A program made the position numbers and the translations under genes. This document shows positions 27,296 to 55,493 of a stretch of DNA of 64,000 bases, piece after piece (the first letter of the stretch is position 1; every line of letters starts with the position of its first letter). The notes under the pieces were generated by a model. That model had not been told where the DNA came from. It saw only the letters and a program-made list of their open reading frames with translations, and did no database searches. The stretch is from Lineus longissimus (taxonomy: Eukaryota). The stretch spans positions 930,001 through 994,000 of the forward strand of contig NC_088308.1 of the NCBI RefSeq assembly GCF_910592395.1, written 5' to 3'.

Positions 27296-29224
27296 GGCTT
27301 GGTTCCCAGTGCCATGTGGCCATATAGCACCATCACTTCCCATCCCGCCATCTTTAGTGCTTGGTGTCTAGTGCCATGTGACCAGAGACCACCATCACTT
27401 CCCACCCCGCCCCTTTCAGTGCTTGGTGTCTAGTGCCATGTGGCCAGAGACCACCATCACTTCCCATCCCGCCCCTTTCAGTGCTTGGTGTCTAGTGCCA
27501 TGTGGCCAGAGAGCACCATCACTTCCCATTCCACCATCTTTAGTGCTTGGTGTCTAGTGCCATGTGGCCAGAGAGCACCATCACTTCCCATTCCACCATC
27601 TTTAGTGCTTGGTGTCTAGTGCCATGTGGCCAGAGAGCACCATCACTTCCCATCCCGCCCCTTTTAGTGCTTGGTGTCTAGTGCCATGTGGCCAGAGAGC
27701 ACCATCACTTCCCATTCCACCATCTCTAGTGCTTGGTGTCTAGTGCCATGTGGCCATAGAGCACCATCACTTCCCATTCCACCATCTTTAGTGCTTGGTG
27801 TCTAGTGCCATGTGGCCAGAGAGCACCATCACTTCCCATTCCACCATCTTTAGTGCTTGGTGTCTAGTGCCATGTGGCCAGAGAGCACCATCACTTCCCA
27901 TTCCACCATCTTTAGTGCTTGGTGTCTAGTGCCATGTGGCCAGAGAGCACCATCACTTCCCATTCCACCATCTTTAGTGTTTGGTGTCTAGTGCCATGTG
28001 GCCAGAGAGCACCATCACTTCCCATTCCACCATCTTTAGTGCTTGGTGTCTAGTGCCATGTGGCCATAGAGCACCATCACTTCCCATTCCACCATCTTTA
28101 GTGTTTGGTGTCTAGTGCCGTGTGGCCAGAGAGCACCATCACTTCCCATTCCACCATCTTTAGTGCTTGGTATCTAGTGTCATGTGGCCAGAGAGCACCA
28201 TCACTTCCCATCCCGCCCCTTTCAGTGCTTGGTGTCTAGTGCCATGTGGCCAGAGACCACCATCACTTACCATCCCGCCCGCCCTTTCAGTGCTTGGTGT
28301 CTAGTGCCATGTGGCCAGAGACCACCATCACTTCCCATCCCGCCCCTTTCAGTGCTTGGTGTCTAGTGCCATGTGGCCAGAGAGCACCATCACTTCCCAT
28401 TCCACCATCTTTCGTGCTTGGTGTCTAGTGCCATGTGGCCAGAGAGCACCATCACTTCCCATTCCACCATCTTTCGTGCTTGGTGTCTAGTGCCATGTGG
28501 CCAGAGAGCGCCATCACTTCCCATTCCACCATCTGTAGTGCTTGGTGTCTAGTGCCATGTGGCCAGAGAGCGCCATCACTTCCCATCCCGCCCCTTTCAG
28601 TGCTTGGTGTCTAGTGCCATGTGGCCAGAGACCACCATCACTTCCCATTCCGCCCCTTTCAGTGCTTGGTGTCTAGTGTCATGTGGCTAGAGAGCACCAT
28701 CACTTCCCATTCCACCATCTTTAGTGCTTGGTGTCTAGTGCCGTGTGGCCAGAGAGCACCATCACTTCCCATTCCACCATCTTTAGTGCTTGGTGTCTAG
28801 TGCCGTGTGGCCAGAGACCACCATCACTTCCCATCCCGCCATCTTTAGTGCTTGGTGTCTAGTGCCATGTGGCCAGAGACCACCATCACTTCCCATTCCA
28901 CCATCTTTAGTGCTTGGTGTCTAGTGCCATGTGGCCAGAGACCACCATCACTTCCCATCCCGCCCCTTTCAGTGCTTGGTGTCTAGTGCCATGTGGCCAG
29001 AGACCACCATCACTTCCCATCCCGCCCCTTTCAGTGCTTGGTGTCTAGTGCCATGTGGCCAGAGACCACCATCACTTCCCATCCCGCCCCTTTCAGTGCT
29101 TGGTGTCTAGTGCCATGTGGCCAGAGAGCACCATCACTTCCCATCCCGCCATCTTTAGTGCTTGGTGTCTAGTGCCATGTGGCCAGAGAGCACCATCACT
29201 TCCCATCCCGCCCCTTTCAGTGCT
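27296..29224. repeat. 62-bp minisatellite, ~31 copies
   Basis: Unit tagtgcttggtgtctagtgccatgtggccagagagcaccatcacttcccattccaccatctt; period 62 (27541, 27603); two main variants. Confidence 0.97.
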
Positions 29225-31169
29225 GTGTCTCTGGTGCGACGTAGCCACATAGCGCCAAGTGTCATTAGGATAATTGGTGTTTGATGGATGAGGAACCGCC
29301 ACGGGAGTCTCCTGTTCATTAATAGGTAACAACTGTGTTATCGCTATAATCAAAGAAAGGCAAGAGAATGCAGGTATAGAACATGTCCACCGGTGAAACG
29401 TTTCAGAGAGTAAATCATTATGTAACTGATAGAACTTCGCACAAATGGTAGTAGACACTCTTCGAGAACACTTCCACTGAGATGATAAACCAGAAGTCTT
29501 TCACCAAACTGTTTGTCCAACCATGACTCACTTTAAGGTCGCCAGTCTAGGGTACCAGTTGTCTCAGAAATCTTCACTCGGATACAGCTACCTCTATTTT
29601 CAGTAATATTTACCACTTGGGTACATACCTTCAGATATCCATAAATATTCAAAAAAATTCCCAGGCTCAAGGCAAACTTGCCAACTATTTACCCAACATC
29701 GCGGCTCCTGCCCGATTTGATCGGAGCGAGCGCGATACCCCCGAGAGATAAGCTCGCAATGATCGCCTCATAATGCCCCAGCTAGCCCGTAGAGTCCGCA
29801 CGTTCGTGACTTGAAATCTGATTCGGAGATAAATATGCCGTGCAGAATAGCATGTTGCGATATCCGAGTGTTGGGTGGTAAATTTATGGAGGCTGAAGAC
29901 TTCAGGAATCCTTCCAACGTTTTGGTCTGTTACACAAATGCCGAGTGATATGTTTGTGCAGGCTTGATGAATTTCGTCAGTCAGCGGAGACTGTTATATT
30001 CCTTACTCTTCGATAATTATCTTCTCCAAGGCACTGATGAGGTTAACTGTGCACAATACTGGCAAACGAAATCGGATACGCAATTTACTTTTTTACATGA
30101 TATTTCGAAGACCGATAACAATCGTTATCAGTTGAAATCATTCCAAACTATTCCCATCCATTGAAGTTCTTTCGACATTTCATACATATGATCTCATAAT
30201 ACCATGAATCTTCCTTGCTACACTCCCTGGGGGGATTTTAGAAGTCCACCAATCATTCCCTGACGATGTCCATATGGCACGTATCAGCGATAAAAAGGAT
30301 GATAGTTCAAAGATTACTCGGGAGAAAAATGTCTCCATAACAACCACAATATTTGAAAATGAACTTTTTGACACCATTAGAATGTTGGGGAAACTTACTT
30401 CGGTAGCAAAGGCAAATTCCGATGTATCTTTTAAGAAAAGCCGTGAGAATTAACCGAATACTTGCAGCGAACAGCCAAACATTGCCATCAGTTCTGTTTC
30501 AGAGACAAATACTGGTTCTGGAATCACCGACTTCGTGCCAGGAGGAGCAACACGAAAGAAGAATTGTCACTATGTCACCATCATAGCACTTATGACATCT
30601 GGATTGAAGCGAATTGTCACCAACTCCGATACATTTGACGCTATAAGAAAGTCCCATTTATCATCATGTTCTATGATCCAACGGAAATGTATACTTCTGG
30701 AGCCGGAAAGGCAATGCATCAAGTTATAGCAAGGTGATATGAATATCTGACAGTGGAAATCGTCAGGCAATCTATACTCTGCTCAATGGACATTTGTCGA
30801 TCGGCCTGTCATGGCTTAATAACACTATACGATATGTCGAATGACACCCTTGAGTATAATACAGACGGCCTCCAAAACTCATTTTGAGACACCTGCACTG
30901 ATGTTGTCAAGGCAATTGCGTTCTGGCTCTGAAATATCTGGATCGCAGAGAGGTTGGAATATATTCAAAGCTACCACCTTCTTTGCAAAAAGGGATAGGT
31001 ACACCGAAGTTCTGACGGAGACGATGGAGAGGCTTCTCATTATCCTTTACAGTGACAAATGCTCACCTACATTCAGGGTCGGAAAGGGGAAACAGGTGTT
31101 TGATTCGTTTCGATGTAAGTTATTGTCTCGACAATGATAACTGACCACTAAGCTTATGAATTGGTGACA

Positions 31170-31396
31170 CACGAGTAGGAGGCTATTTCCAGTTCTAAAC
31201 GGATCTTCGAACGTTTTCCTAAATCATTCGACAAAAGTCCTGGACTAACATGCCATACCAAATGATGTTGACGTGGCAATTTGGTGTCCACTGCGCCTGA
31301 ATGACGAGATCATTCAGGGACTGTCTGACAGCTGTGATTGTTGACCCGACGTCATGTCATGCCATACCAACTACAATTTTTAGCCTCCTACTAGTG
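31170..31396. mobile_element. MITE family B related element
   Basis: cacgagtaggaggcta at the left end and tagcctcctactagtg at the right end form an inverted pair. Confidence 0.55.
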
Positions 31397-33179
31397 AGAA
31401 GAATCAGACCTTGGTGATAACTTCTACTTGTTTCCTGCTGTCAGCCTGTTTACAACAGGACGGGTATGTTTACTCAGAAGGGGTAGCTGATCGCTTGCCA
31501 CGTGTGTCACGCTAGTTGTTTTAGGACAGGCAAAAGCTTTACAGCTTGCCATTTATCCATGACCAGGCTGTCTCATCGTTAACGATGCTGTGATTGATGA
31601 CACCTAGGGTCTAATGCAAGCAAATCAACCACAACAGTTCACTGTTATGATCAATTTACCACCATTAATCCGTCCAGCGACTCGTCTCGGAGGACAGCGC
31701 TTAGATGCACTCTGTCATTCATGCTAGCTAGGCCATTAACAGCAAGGTCATGTCAAATCGCTGCGCAAGGCAGCTCGAAATTTAGCACCCGGATGAAAAA
31801 AAAACTATGATCATATGATGCTCATCTTATAAGAATCATCCAATTGGGGAAAGTGAATGATCTGAGGAATGATTTACATTCAATAGTCGTCTTGGGAAAT
31901 GTGTGGCTTGATCGCCGTCAACAATAAATGTTGTCCTTTAGTGCCAAATTGAGTGACACTTTGAAGGTTCTTGAAACGTCCGAATTTGGCAATGGATGCA
32001 TAAATATTGATCTCTAAACAGTGATGATAAGGTAGGGGGTCCATTCCCGAGGTATAACTCATCGAGGTTGTTTCGTTTCCCTACCCGTCAGTTCAGAAAG
32101 GACAACAATACCAAAGTGGAAAGCGTATTGGCAACCATATGGTAACACATCGCTTTCTCTGCCGTCAGTTGCGATGTGATGCATTACATGGAGGCTTATT
32201 GAAGAGGTTTACGAAATGTACATATCTGTAGACCATAACCACCAAACGAACATTATTAGTAGGCCAACCCCTTTTTATATCACCTTTCTGAGTCACGCTG
32301 TGTCATCAGCACAGCAAATACATTGTTCAATACTTCGTGCCGAATCAACTCGTAGCGAATCTAATCGACGATGTGAACAAACATCGTTTATTTTCTCGAT
32401 ATTTTTATTTTATCTCAAAACAACAAAACGTTTTTGTTAGTTGATAAATGGACGATACCATTTTGAATAGAGTGCCAGCTAATTTCTTATTCAAACAGTT
32501 TTAATGATGATGCAGTCTTCACTTTAAGTTCATCTGTGAACACGATATAACGTTTGATAAGCAATGGATGGATCAAATACCAACTAATTTGTCAGGACAT
32601 GTCAAACAATCAATGAGTGTGCATTAAGAGTTAGAGCCGATTAAATTGATGTCAGTAATTCGGATTTGTCTTCAAAGTCTTGCGCGGGTTCAGCAATCAC
32701 AACGAAAGAGAAGCCTGCGTGACGGTGCTTATTGGATCGATGTCATCACTGGGCTCGCGGTGCTCCCTGCTTCATATTGGAGACACGCTCCCAGTCCTTC
32801 AAACCAGCACTCTCAAAGCCAAATGTTCCCGAACAGCGAGGCGGATAAAGCAGTCACGGAGTTTCCCGAGGGCTGATCCTGGTATAATTGGAAGTGATGT
32901 ATGACTCTCTGGCAATAACAGGATAAAAGTGCAATAGTTGTTCCTGATTAAAAAGGCAATAATTTCTGGCTGGATAAGTTGATCAGAGAAAATTCAATGA
33001 AATATTTTTCACATATTAAGCGATCTGAACAATGTTGAATCGTCCTTTACTTGTGCATTGAGCGTGAATGCAATCGTTCCTGTTGTCAAATTAGACTCTT
33101 CACCTGTCGGATTCCTTACTATCTCCTAACGTCACTTTACGCATTCAAACTGGCCGCTAAAAAACAAACCAAATTTCAG

Positions 33180-33253
33180 TCGGAGGACATATTCAAGAAC
33201 TTGAGCATCCCTGAGAAGTTGTTATGTGGACTAGTGGCGGGCGGTACAGCGCG
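33180..33253 (+). other. Candidate further upstream TRPC exon (coding or 5' UTR); 5' boundary uncertain
   Basis: Strong GCG|GTGAGT donor; one open frame ends in phase 2, compatible with the next exon; acceptor is weak. Confidence 0.3.
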
Positions 33254-36200
33254 GTGAGTCTCCTTCCCCCTTAAGATTTATTGCACCATTGTGTACAGTT
33301 TATATAGTAGACACTGTTTGTATTGCATTAATGTCTGCCTATTACTCTAGAACTGTAAATTATCACATGTCAATGTTGTCGATCGGATATTGTAGGGCTG
33401 GGCTATAACAATTGTAGATATGTTGGAAATGTTGTGTTTTATTAGTGCAAATGATATGTTACCTTTGTTGTAAGCGACCATTGTATAGCTTATTCATGCG
33501 TGATCACACGCTTTTTATAACCTTGAACAGTGACGCGAGAAAGATCATCTCCAACTAAGGCAAACGTCACAACTGGTGTAAGTTGGTTGTGATAAGCGCC
33601 TTCGAAAATTTCAGTCTTTGCTCAAAGCGCTTCTTCTGCAAAGAATATTTTACCGCCTGCTCCTCAGCAAAAAAGGCAACGTTTGGACGTACAATTTATG
33701 GGACGGGACTCCGCAATCACCTTCTATAATTCTTGGCTGTTGCTTTGCAGAGAAAACGATGTACAAATGCTCCCCATCAATGCAGCCAGACAACCTGTCT
33801 CGCCTGAAAAATTTAATTTTCCTTTTTCGAATCGTAATCAGATTTCAGTAGTCAAATTATAAAACTAAAACCCGGGCACTTAAGGCAGCACCACCAGCAT
33901 TACAAAGATGTATTTACGTTCTAAAAAATCTTATTTGTATTTCTGATGAGGAACTATTTAATCGTATTTGGCATTTAATTGAATTTTGGAAAAAATACGA
34001 CTTTGCTCGCTGAATTTTATATTAAGACTCTTAGTAGTAGAGTCACATACAAACAAGGGGACCTCTTACTATCCATCATTCGCATGTTCGGATTTCATTC
34101 AAATTTGTTCTGAATATGCAAGGAGCTGCATAAAGTAGACCATCCAAGGAACATCTGCGAAGTGAGAAAAGAGTTGAACAGGATCGACTTGGTTTTCTTT
34201 CCGTGGCATCTATCTCAAAATAGCCCCTATAATGCGGAAGTCATCGGCAAACTGAACTAGCAGGCTTATACGTTTTATGGTTGCTACGCATTTTTGTAAT
34301 TTCGAGAATCATTCATGATGTTTTATATTATCCTCGCACCGTAATTAAAATCTCCGAAGAGCTTTTACTTCCTAATAACCTACTTTTAGGGGATATTGCA
34401 GCTTCTTCGTCACTAATTTCTGTTTGCACGCTTCAATAAGAACCTACCATTGATTCGTTCAAAAGTAGCATCGTGATAAATACAGCACTTCTTCTGAAAA
34501 AGGATGGCCACTTCATGTATTTACAAATGAATAATCATGCAGTAGATTCTGCTGATCCAACTTTTAGTTGTTGACAAAGAAAGATCTTAAGTTTGCTTGC
34601 ATATTACCGCGTGTTCTTCATCGGAGATATACCATACGATTCTTAGTTCAGATCGTATTCTGTTTCGTATATACATTTATGCTTAGGCTGGAGTTACACA
34701 GGGTTCACGTTGTCACAAGTCATGATTCACTTGTCACGAGTCAACTGACTTAGGCTTGAAATCACGATGTAAGGGTGAAAAGTGACCTCGGGAATCGTAT
34801 GATTCAAGAGTACAATGACATTTTATAAATGTGTCATGGTCTTTTGTTACAAAAAGTTTCAAGAAGAAAATGTGGTGTTGTGTTGTGTAACACGGAAGCA
34901 TTGATGAGTTGATCCTTTTTATCTTTATATTTCTATATATGAATGAAAATGACATAACCGTTGATGTGTGGAATAGCAGAAGAATCGGAAGTGATAATGT
35001 AGTTATTCTTTCCCACATACGTGGTGCATGGGGCGTCGACTTTATATTCGATATCATCAGATTACGGACGGCTTATCACTACAGTCCCAGTTGTGACGGA
35101 TGGTGATAACGTACACTGACAGGTTATTGTCTGAGAGCGAGGAGAATTTTCAAATATGGTCACTTATCCACAGTTTTATCACACTTTATGAAAGTGTGCG
35201 TGTTGAATTATGATGTTAGTTTTGATAGGTTGGTTAGGTTCAATATTGTATCTGAAGATAGTGTTTATTGGATGGAGAGAGTTTGTTTTTAAAAGGATGA
35301 AATGTACTTCCTCCAACACAGGGAAAACGTTGGTGTCAAACTCTCGACAAAGAATCGGTGCATCGAGGAATGAGTTTGCTTGTTTAAAAACTAACTATGA
35401 CTATCTGATAGTGATCCTCATTCCACAAAGTTGACATTCTCTGTGAACAATCCTATCCCAGAGAGCAATCTTTTTCATTTTTGCCCCCGAGCATTATCGA
35501 GCATGACTTTTTGACATTTCTGCTCTCTACTTAAGGATATGAACACGCTTTGAATAAAGAGCTGCAATGTAAACAGTCATACAGGATACAAACATTGTCA
35601 ATTGTCATTGGACATAAGGAATGATTTATGAAAGAGCAATATCATGATATTCATCGCTCATATACCAGGAAGTTATAAGACGTATACCCGAACAATCATT
35701 GATGACGATGTTGTACTATTCCACCAGTTTGCTTGAAGTATCCGTGAACTCTGTTTACGTCATTTGTACAACATATAGCATTTGGTAGATACACAGCAAT
35801 AATGCTGCCCGATGAATAATAAAGACATGTTTGACTGCTCCAACAGCAGCATTCTAGATCGGTTGTTACTTTTGTGCCAAGTATCGTGGCTTTTCTTCCC
35901 GATTTGCAAGTGATTAAGGTTCCCATGCTATCTCCGCATTACCACTGACAAACAATTCGCCTTCTAATCCGGGCATCCGACAAATGACACTTTACATACA
36001 TTCCGTCTCCGTTCCTTATCTTGTCAATCAGTGCTCAAGGTATGATAATGATGGCATTTATTACTCTCCGTGAGATGCCTCTATGTGTAAATCACCAGTC
36101 TTATTCTCATCAACCGACCATGTGGTTGCACTAGTACAAATACTTAGCAGGCAGTTGGCGGGGAATCGAATCGGATCGAATCACCACTTACAAATGTGAC

Positions 36201-36779
36201 TTCGGATATCAATGGCGGTGTTATTCGGGTTAAACGTTTTCAATCGTGATTCATCGTAATTATCTTCACTAATAACTTGTTTGGCAATCGTATGGTTGAA
36301 GTTTAGGTCATATTTTGATAAAACAGAGTTCTCAATGAAACCTGTTGAAATGTAACTCTGAATTTCATCAAAATTCAAACTTTACGCGTGTAAGCCGGAG
36401 ATGAGCACGAGAGATGGACTGATGTTCACTCTCTCTGCCTGCTACTGAACAGTACAGTTCATCATAGTTAATCAACTTCCAGTATTCTGTGTTTGTCACA
36501 AAAGAAGGTGAAATAAGGTTGCAAGTGCAATCAAAGATAAAAATAAGGACAATTCAATCAATGGAATGAATTTCTTTCCATTCGTAGGCACAGTATGGCT
36601 GCGCAAAATATGCCGTCCATTTTTTGCGATACCGCAGCAAATTGTCATGCGCAAATAGACAGAGGCGCTTCAGCGCGGCGGTGATTTAATGCCATCTTGA
36701 CGCCGACAAACATGTTGGTAAGATGCAGTGCTTTCTGTAGCATCTCATGACGTGTCATTGCTATGTTTTCTTGTTTTAG

Positions 36780-36857
36780 TGCGCCTAGCAATGATTGGAA
36801 ATCAGTGGTTCCTCGGCCGAGTGTGCATTTTGGTGGCAAGCGGCTCTCCTGTGCCAG
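36780..36857 (+). CDS. Candidate upstream TRPC exon (APSNDWKSVVPRPSVHFGGKRLSCA)
   Basis: Pyrimidine tract ending ttttag; CAG|GTAATA donor; 78 nt, phase 2-2, stop-free in the frame of the 38207 exon. Confidence 0.5.
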
Positions 36858-38231
36858 GTAATACTCAATGTTGTTTAGGAGGCGAGGAGGGCGGCACAGT
36901 GTTATAATTGACGTTGGTAAACTTCCAACTTGATGTCACCTTCCCATTTACGCATGAAGAAGCAGTGACGAAACATCTCGAGTTATGATCGGGTTACCCC
37001 TCATTGGTGTTGCCATGCTACATGTGACACGGCCTCCTGTTGTGGCTAATCGTGCAGAACAGTATTTGTATCGCGAACACGTATACAGTGTTTTTTTCAT
37101 ATCATTCTGGCTAAATGTACTAGTTGAACTCAGGAATGTGATCAGATCACATTTACCACATAATAGTAGTGTTACACAACACAAGATTATCCTTATAGTA
37201 AGCCTAACCAAAGCTGTGTCATGAACTTGAGATATTTTTAGAACTTGCAAGTCCCTCCACCCACCCTTTCTGATGTATTAATTTCATCTTCATAAACTTT
37301 AATTTCATTTCAGGAGCCCGTGAATATAATCAATTTTTAATTGCTTTTGAGAATTAATTGGTTAATGTCTGTCGGTTAGAAACAGATTTGCCTGAAACCC
37401 AAGAAATTATCATTATGACGTAAACATGGCAAAATAGTGGTGAATGAGTGGCCTATAGCATCCGTCATGATCAAAGCGAAGTTAAATGTTGGTTCTACTG
37501 TTAATCTCATATCATCACAATTCTTTTTTCTTAATGTTTTGCACCAACGTGTTGGATTTTTCTCCCTACTCACATCGATATTGAAAAGCCCCGTTAGCAC
37601 CTTTTCTGGTCTGATGTACAAGCAGGGATTTCGGAGGATGTGGATGATGTAAAATCATTTTATCACCACGCCATGGCAAAAATAACTTAGACTTTTAGTT
37701 AACATGGAACTACATGTGTAGGGAATTGAACATTGGTGTTTAGATATAGACGACCTTTGACTGTTGAACCCCTCCCATGAATGATGTGATTGGAAGTTGA
37801 TTGGTTTTGTATTGACATATTTAGTAGAGTAGTCCACAACTATGAACATGTCCCTGCTTCCATCAATATAAATACTTGTATGACTATATGTGGAACAACT
37901 CAGTTTGCTATGGATATCATTTTTATTGCCATTTTTGTATAACCGTATATCAATCTCCATTGTCATTCTCACATGAGGTAAGTTGTTTGAAAGGTGTTAA
38001 CTGAAATAAATATGACAAACTGTATTGATTGAGATAGGATGACACTGTAAGAAAGTTGAATAAAACAAACGTCAAATGTGTCTCACGTTATCGACTTTTG
38101 ACTTTGCTCTAAATTTATAAAAAATTTAGAAACAAAAAGCTGTGAAAAAGCGGTACACTTGGCGAATAAATGACACTGATGCGACATTAACCCTTTGTCG
38201 TTACAGGTTTGTCCAGGGGTCCCAGTACAGT

Positions 38232-51416
<13,185 letters not shown>

Positions 51417-52885
51417 TGTTACGCGCGACTCTGCCGCAACCTCCGCAAACCACCTGTATTGAAATATGCAATCTGATGAGCCTTCCAACTGCGCGTCAAA
51501 CTTATTATTCATAACCCAGAGAAATCCATCTCAGGAACTTGGTCTGCTGTTATTCAGATAATGTTAGATGGTCGTCCAGAGGTGGTTGCCCAGTCTTAGC
51601 ATGTTGCGTCATCTAATTTGCCACAGACCTACATGTACATGTATTGTATATAAACGGACCTTTTGTACATATAGTATATGTAGGTTCATGGATCTATACT
51701 CACCTTTCTCACTACGTTTCGGTAGCTGCCTGATATGTCTAGTACAGCGGTACAAGCATCAGAAATAGCATATCGTAGATTATTTTGAAGTCATACACCG
51801 TATGATTTGAATACATCATGCACCCATTTTAGTTGCTTGCTTGCTTGTTTGTGGCTGCTTTGTACAATACACGCTTCTTATAGTGCAAGGATTACTTGTT
51901 ACGATTTGAGCTGGTGGCAGGGTACCGAGGGCACGAGATTGCCTGTTTCTTGTTCCTGGAACATGCTACATTTCCCACTGAAATGTGCTCCTGCGGCTGG
52001 GAATGGCTACTGAGCCAGCTGTGAGGGCTTGCCAGCTACCACTAGTAGAGCACTTACGTGAAGAAATGGAGAAATCGAGAAATCCTTGGAAAACTTTTAT
52101 CCGAAATTGCCATTTCTCGACTAAGTGGCTGTGCCACAGTACGGTTCCCCCCTGCCTCGGTAGCAAATCGTATCGGTATATCTCCGGCTTAAAGCATGCA
52201 GCATGCCTCGTAACTCGCGCTCCTATTTCATTCTAGGCGTCACCAAGACAGTCCATCTTCAAGTTGTGGATAAGAAGAAAAAAGATAAAGATAAAGATTA
52301 AATCGCTGTATTGAAATCGGATCCTGAAGTCAGACGAATAATAACCTCTATAGTTTGGACTAATAACCCTGGTTTTTATCTTGAAGACTTTAACAGTGGT
52401 TAAATGTTACTCTCGGCCAGATTCAGTGACAGTGGTTACTTAATAGTATGCATGTGAATTTGGTTTAAACTGAACACTATGGCTTTTTTACGGCTCCACC
52501 TATCTGACTTAGTGAAGCTACTGCGTCAGCCCCAGTCATGCGTGTAGTGTAACGCCAAAGGTTGGCGCCAACTCCTTCTGCCATGACAGATTCCCAAGGT
52601 TACTTTACGACGGATGCATGTACTGACATTTTGTCTGAGCTTCGCCTGTAATCGGGGTCGGAATGTTTAAAGTCGGGAGTCGAGGGTCATATATTCACAA
52701 CCCATGCATTTTTGCATTCTTTGGTTGAAGGGAGGCGTAAAATACCAAAACTTTCCGCGTCCGTTGTCGCAGTTGCATACAACTCAGATTCAAATATAAA
52801 CAAAGCAAAATTGACAGACCGTTGCATGCATGAGGAGCTTGACAATGCCACACTGCATGGTTTTGTGTTATTGTTTAGGAAGTGA

Positions 52886-53407
52886 CTATTTGGCAAGCCC
52901 GGCTCACCAAACAGCGCCTTTTTCTGCCCAAGATGGAGAGCCGAACTCATGCATATTCAACCATCCAGGAGCTTATTATCATTTGTGGCAACACGGTCAG
53001 CAACACCGGAGTTACAGTGAAACGCCTTTAGAAATGCACACTAATGCATTTAACATGTTTATCAGTTAAATCACGTTTATGACTTTTTTGTAAATCCATA
53101 CAGTCATGTACATGTACATGCTTCTTCATGGATTATTGACCAAAACCCGAGTTTGGTAACAGAAATTGAATCGAGAGCGGGAAGTCGGCCATTGTTAAAT
53201 ATGCGCATATAAATTCGAATATGACGTCACTGCTCTCTGATTGGCCAACATGTTGTAACCTCTCCGGCTCGCCAAAGAGGGTAGTATTTTTGCCCTGTTT
53301 GGCAAGCCCGGCTTGCCGAACAGGGTGGCTTTTTAGTGCTGTTTGGCAAGCGGCTCTCCAAACAGAACAAAAAAAGATGCCTGTTTGGCGAGCGGCTTGC
53401 CAAATAG
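52886..53407. mobile_element. Foldback/MITE-like element with TIRs built from palindromic subrepeats
   Basis: ctatttggcaagcc..ccaaacag at the left end, its reverse complement at the right end, and extra tgtttggcaagc..cc(a/g)aaca units. Confidence 0.65.
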
Positions 53408-53567
53408 ACCCGGCCTATTGTTTATTGAATAAGGGTAGGTCCAATGATGTTGGCGCTACCTACGTCTAGTTAGTTGTCATATGTGTTCGTGAATAACTAC
53501 AGCGCTTGTTGTAGTATCACACCATTTTGGCCAGGTTCGTGTGTAGTTTAGGCTTCTTGGTTGGAAT

Positions 53568-53830
53568 AAGTGTTTTTCAGATAGATCAGCCAAAGGTACT
53601 TGGCTGACCTCTTGTCACTAAACTGTAACAGTGTGATCACAAATAGTAATGTTACACAGCCCTGGGCAGCCGGTGTCATAGTTGACCGGCTTTATTGACA
53701 CTGTGAAAGAGAATTGATCAGGCCTACCCCAACTAGTGTTGTGCAACACCACTATCTTTGAGCAAAAGTGATCTGGTCAGATTCCTGAGTTCAACTGAGT
53801 ACCTTTGGCCAGAACAGTAATGAAAACTAC
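53568..53830. mobile_element. MITE family A copy in the putative TRPC 3' UTR
   Basis: Same core and TIRs. Confidence 0.75.
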
Positions 53831-55493
53831 TATAGGCCTATACTGCACGGTTTTTCTTGCCATAACCTCAGTCTCTGTACTGTCTGAACGCACAGTTTTC
53901 ATGGATCTCATGTAATAGGTCTGGCCAAATATATTTTGAGAAACGCAATTTTAGATGGGACCACACACAGGAGCTGGGTGTACATAGTTGGTGGTCTACA
54001 GGGGTTTTATGTTGTCAGTCAAAGAACAGACTCCGGTATCACTCCGAACAGTGCCGATGCATGATCGGGACATCTATTAGTGACTTGGGTAACTTAATCT
54101 AGTCCACCTGGCCTGTCTCCTGTCTGTGGTCTTCACTTGGTCTTTGGTAGTATTACCAAAAAGTAGGCCTCTCTCAAAAGCGAATGTATTTTCACGTGTA
54201 GTCTTTAGTTCGTCCCCTTTGTGATTGTAATGAATGATATTGTTAATCAAATATTATGTTGTATAAAGGGGGAATTAGCGACAAGTGATAGGATGGGACG
54301 CAGATCCCCTCATGTCGGATAAACTGAAAATGTATATTGTTTGATATTGACGATGTTGACAACCTTATGTGCAATTTTGCTGATACTGGTGTATGTTAGT
54401 TTTATCTCTATCCTCCCAACTCCATCCTTAAGGAAGAGGGGGTAGGACGGTGCATTCGTGTTGATCCATCAAGGTTGCCAAGACAATCCGATGTGTCCAA
54501 TAAGCTTCGGCTGCACTTTGACGATGGCGTCGCCATGCAGTTATAGCCCTAACGGTAGCTACATCACCATTGCTGTGTTTAGCAATTCATTGTTGTAATG
54601 ATCATGACGTATATGATAAAGATAGAAGATGTCTTTTTCCAAACTAACCCACCTATCTGTGAGTGATTGGTCTCTCGATTAGGCGCCATCTTTTCTTGCC
54701 AGTTAAGGTAGCCTGAATCCGCACTTCAAACAACAAACTACACAAACGACATTGAAGAAAAACAAGGTTGTTTAGTTTAATGACAGTACCTGTCCCCATC
54801 ACATCTTTAGTTATATTTTTTTGTACATTAGTCTTATACGTACATAGTGAGGAATGTACATATTTGACAACATTAGAATGAATAATCATTAAATTCATAC
54901 GACTGAATGTAATCATCGGGTATACGTCATGCGTACTCCATTAAAAGGAGGCCCATCTGACATGTGTACCCTCTGAATATGTTGACTGAAGAAACCGGTA
55001 TATATTTATTTGAACCACAACACTATCTAAGAGAATGAAAGATCAACTTCCTGAGACGTGAGATTTGACATGATAACTGTATTATTTTATCTTTAAAGAC
55101 CGCACTCGTGTACATTTTGTTCCGTGAGTCTGCATGTTGATATTCTTCATTCGCTGTAAGAATGTGTCTGCGTAGTGAAGTCGTTTAGGAACTGTTTTAT
55201 AGAGTGTGATTTTCCTATTATAATCCTATCTGTAATAAATGTATAGATTCAAACCATAATTACATGATTTGTGAATTTTACTAGGGTGTGTTAATATACA
55301 TGTAACTATTATTGTCATTCTATATATTTTGCGGTTACACGAATTTTGCATCTGTATATAACTCTCTATATTCGGCTAAAGCACAGGGTGAATGTACAGT
55401 ACGATACACGGGAATGCATTATTTCCTTGAACTATTTCATGTCTATTTTACTTCAACTCTGGCGTTTTATCTGATTGATTTTCTCCCCCATTG

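Noticed and set aside
27296..29224. CRISPR-like array or repeat-coding ORFs
   Set aside because: Units are contiguous with no unique spacers and there are no cas genes. The period of 62 is not a multiple of 3 and stops recur, so it is a minisatellite.
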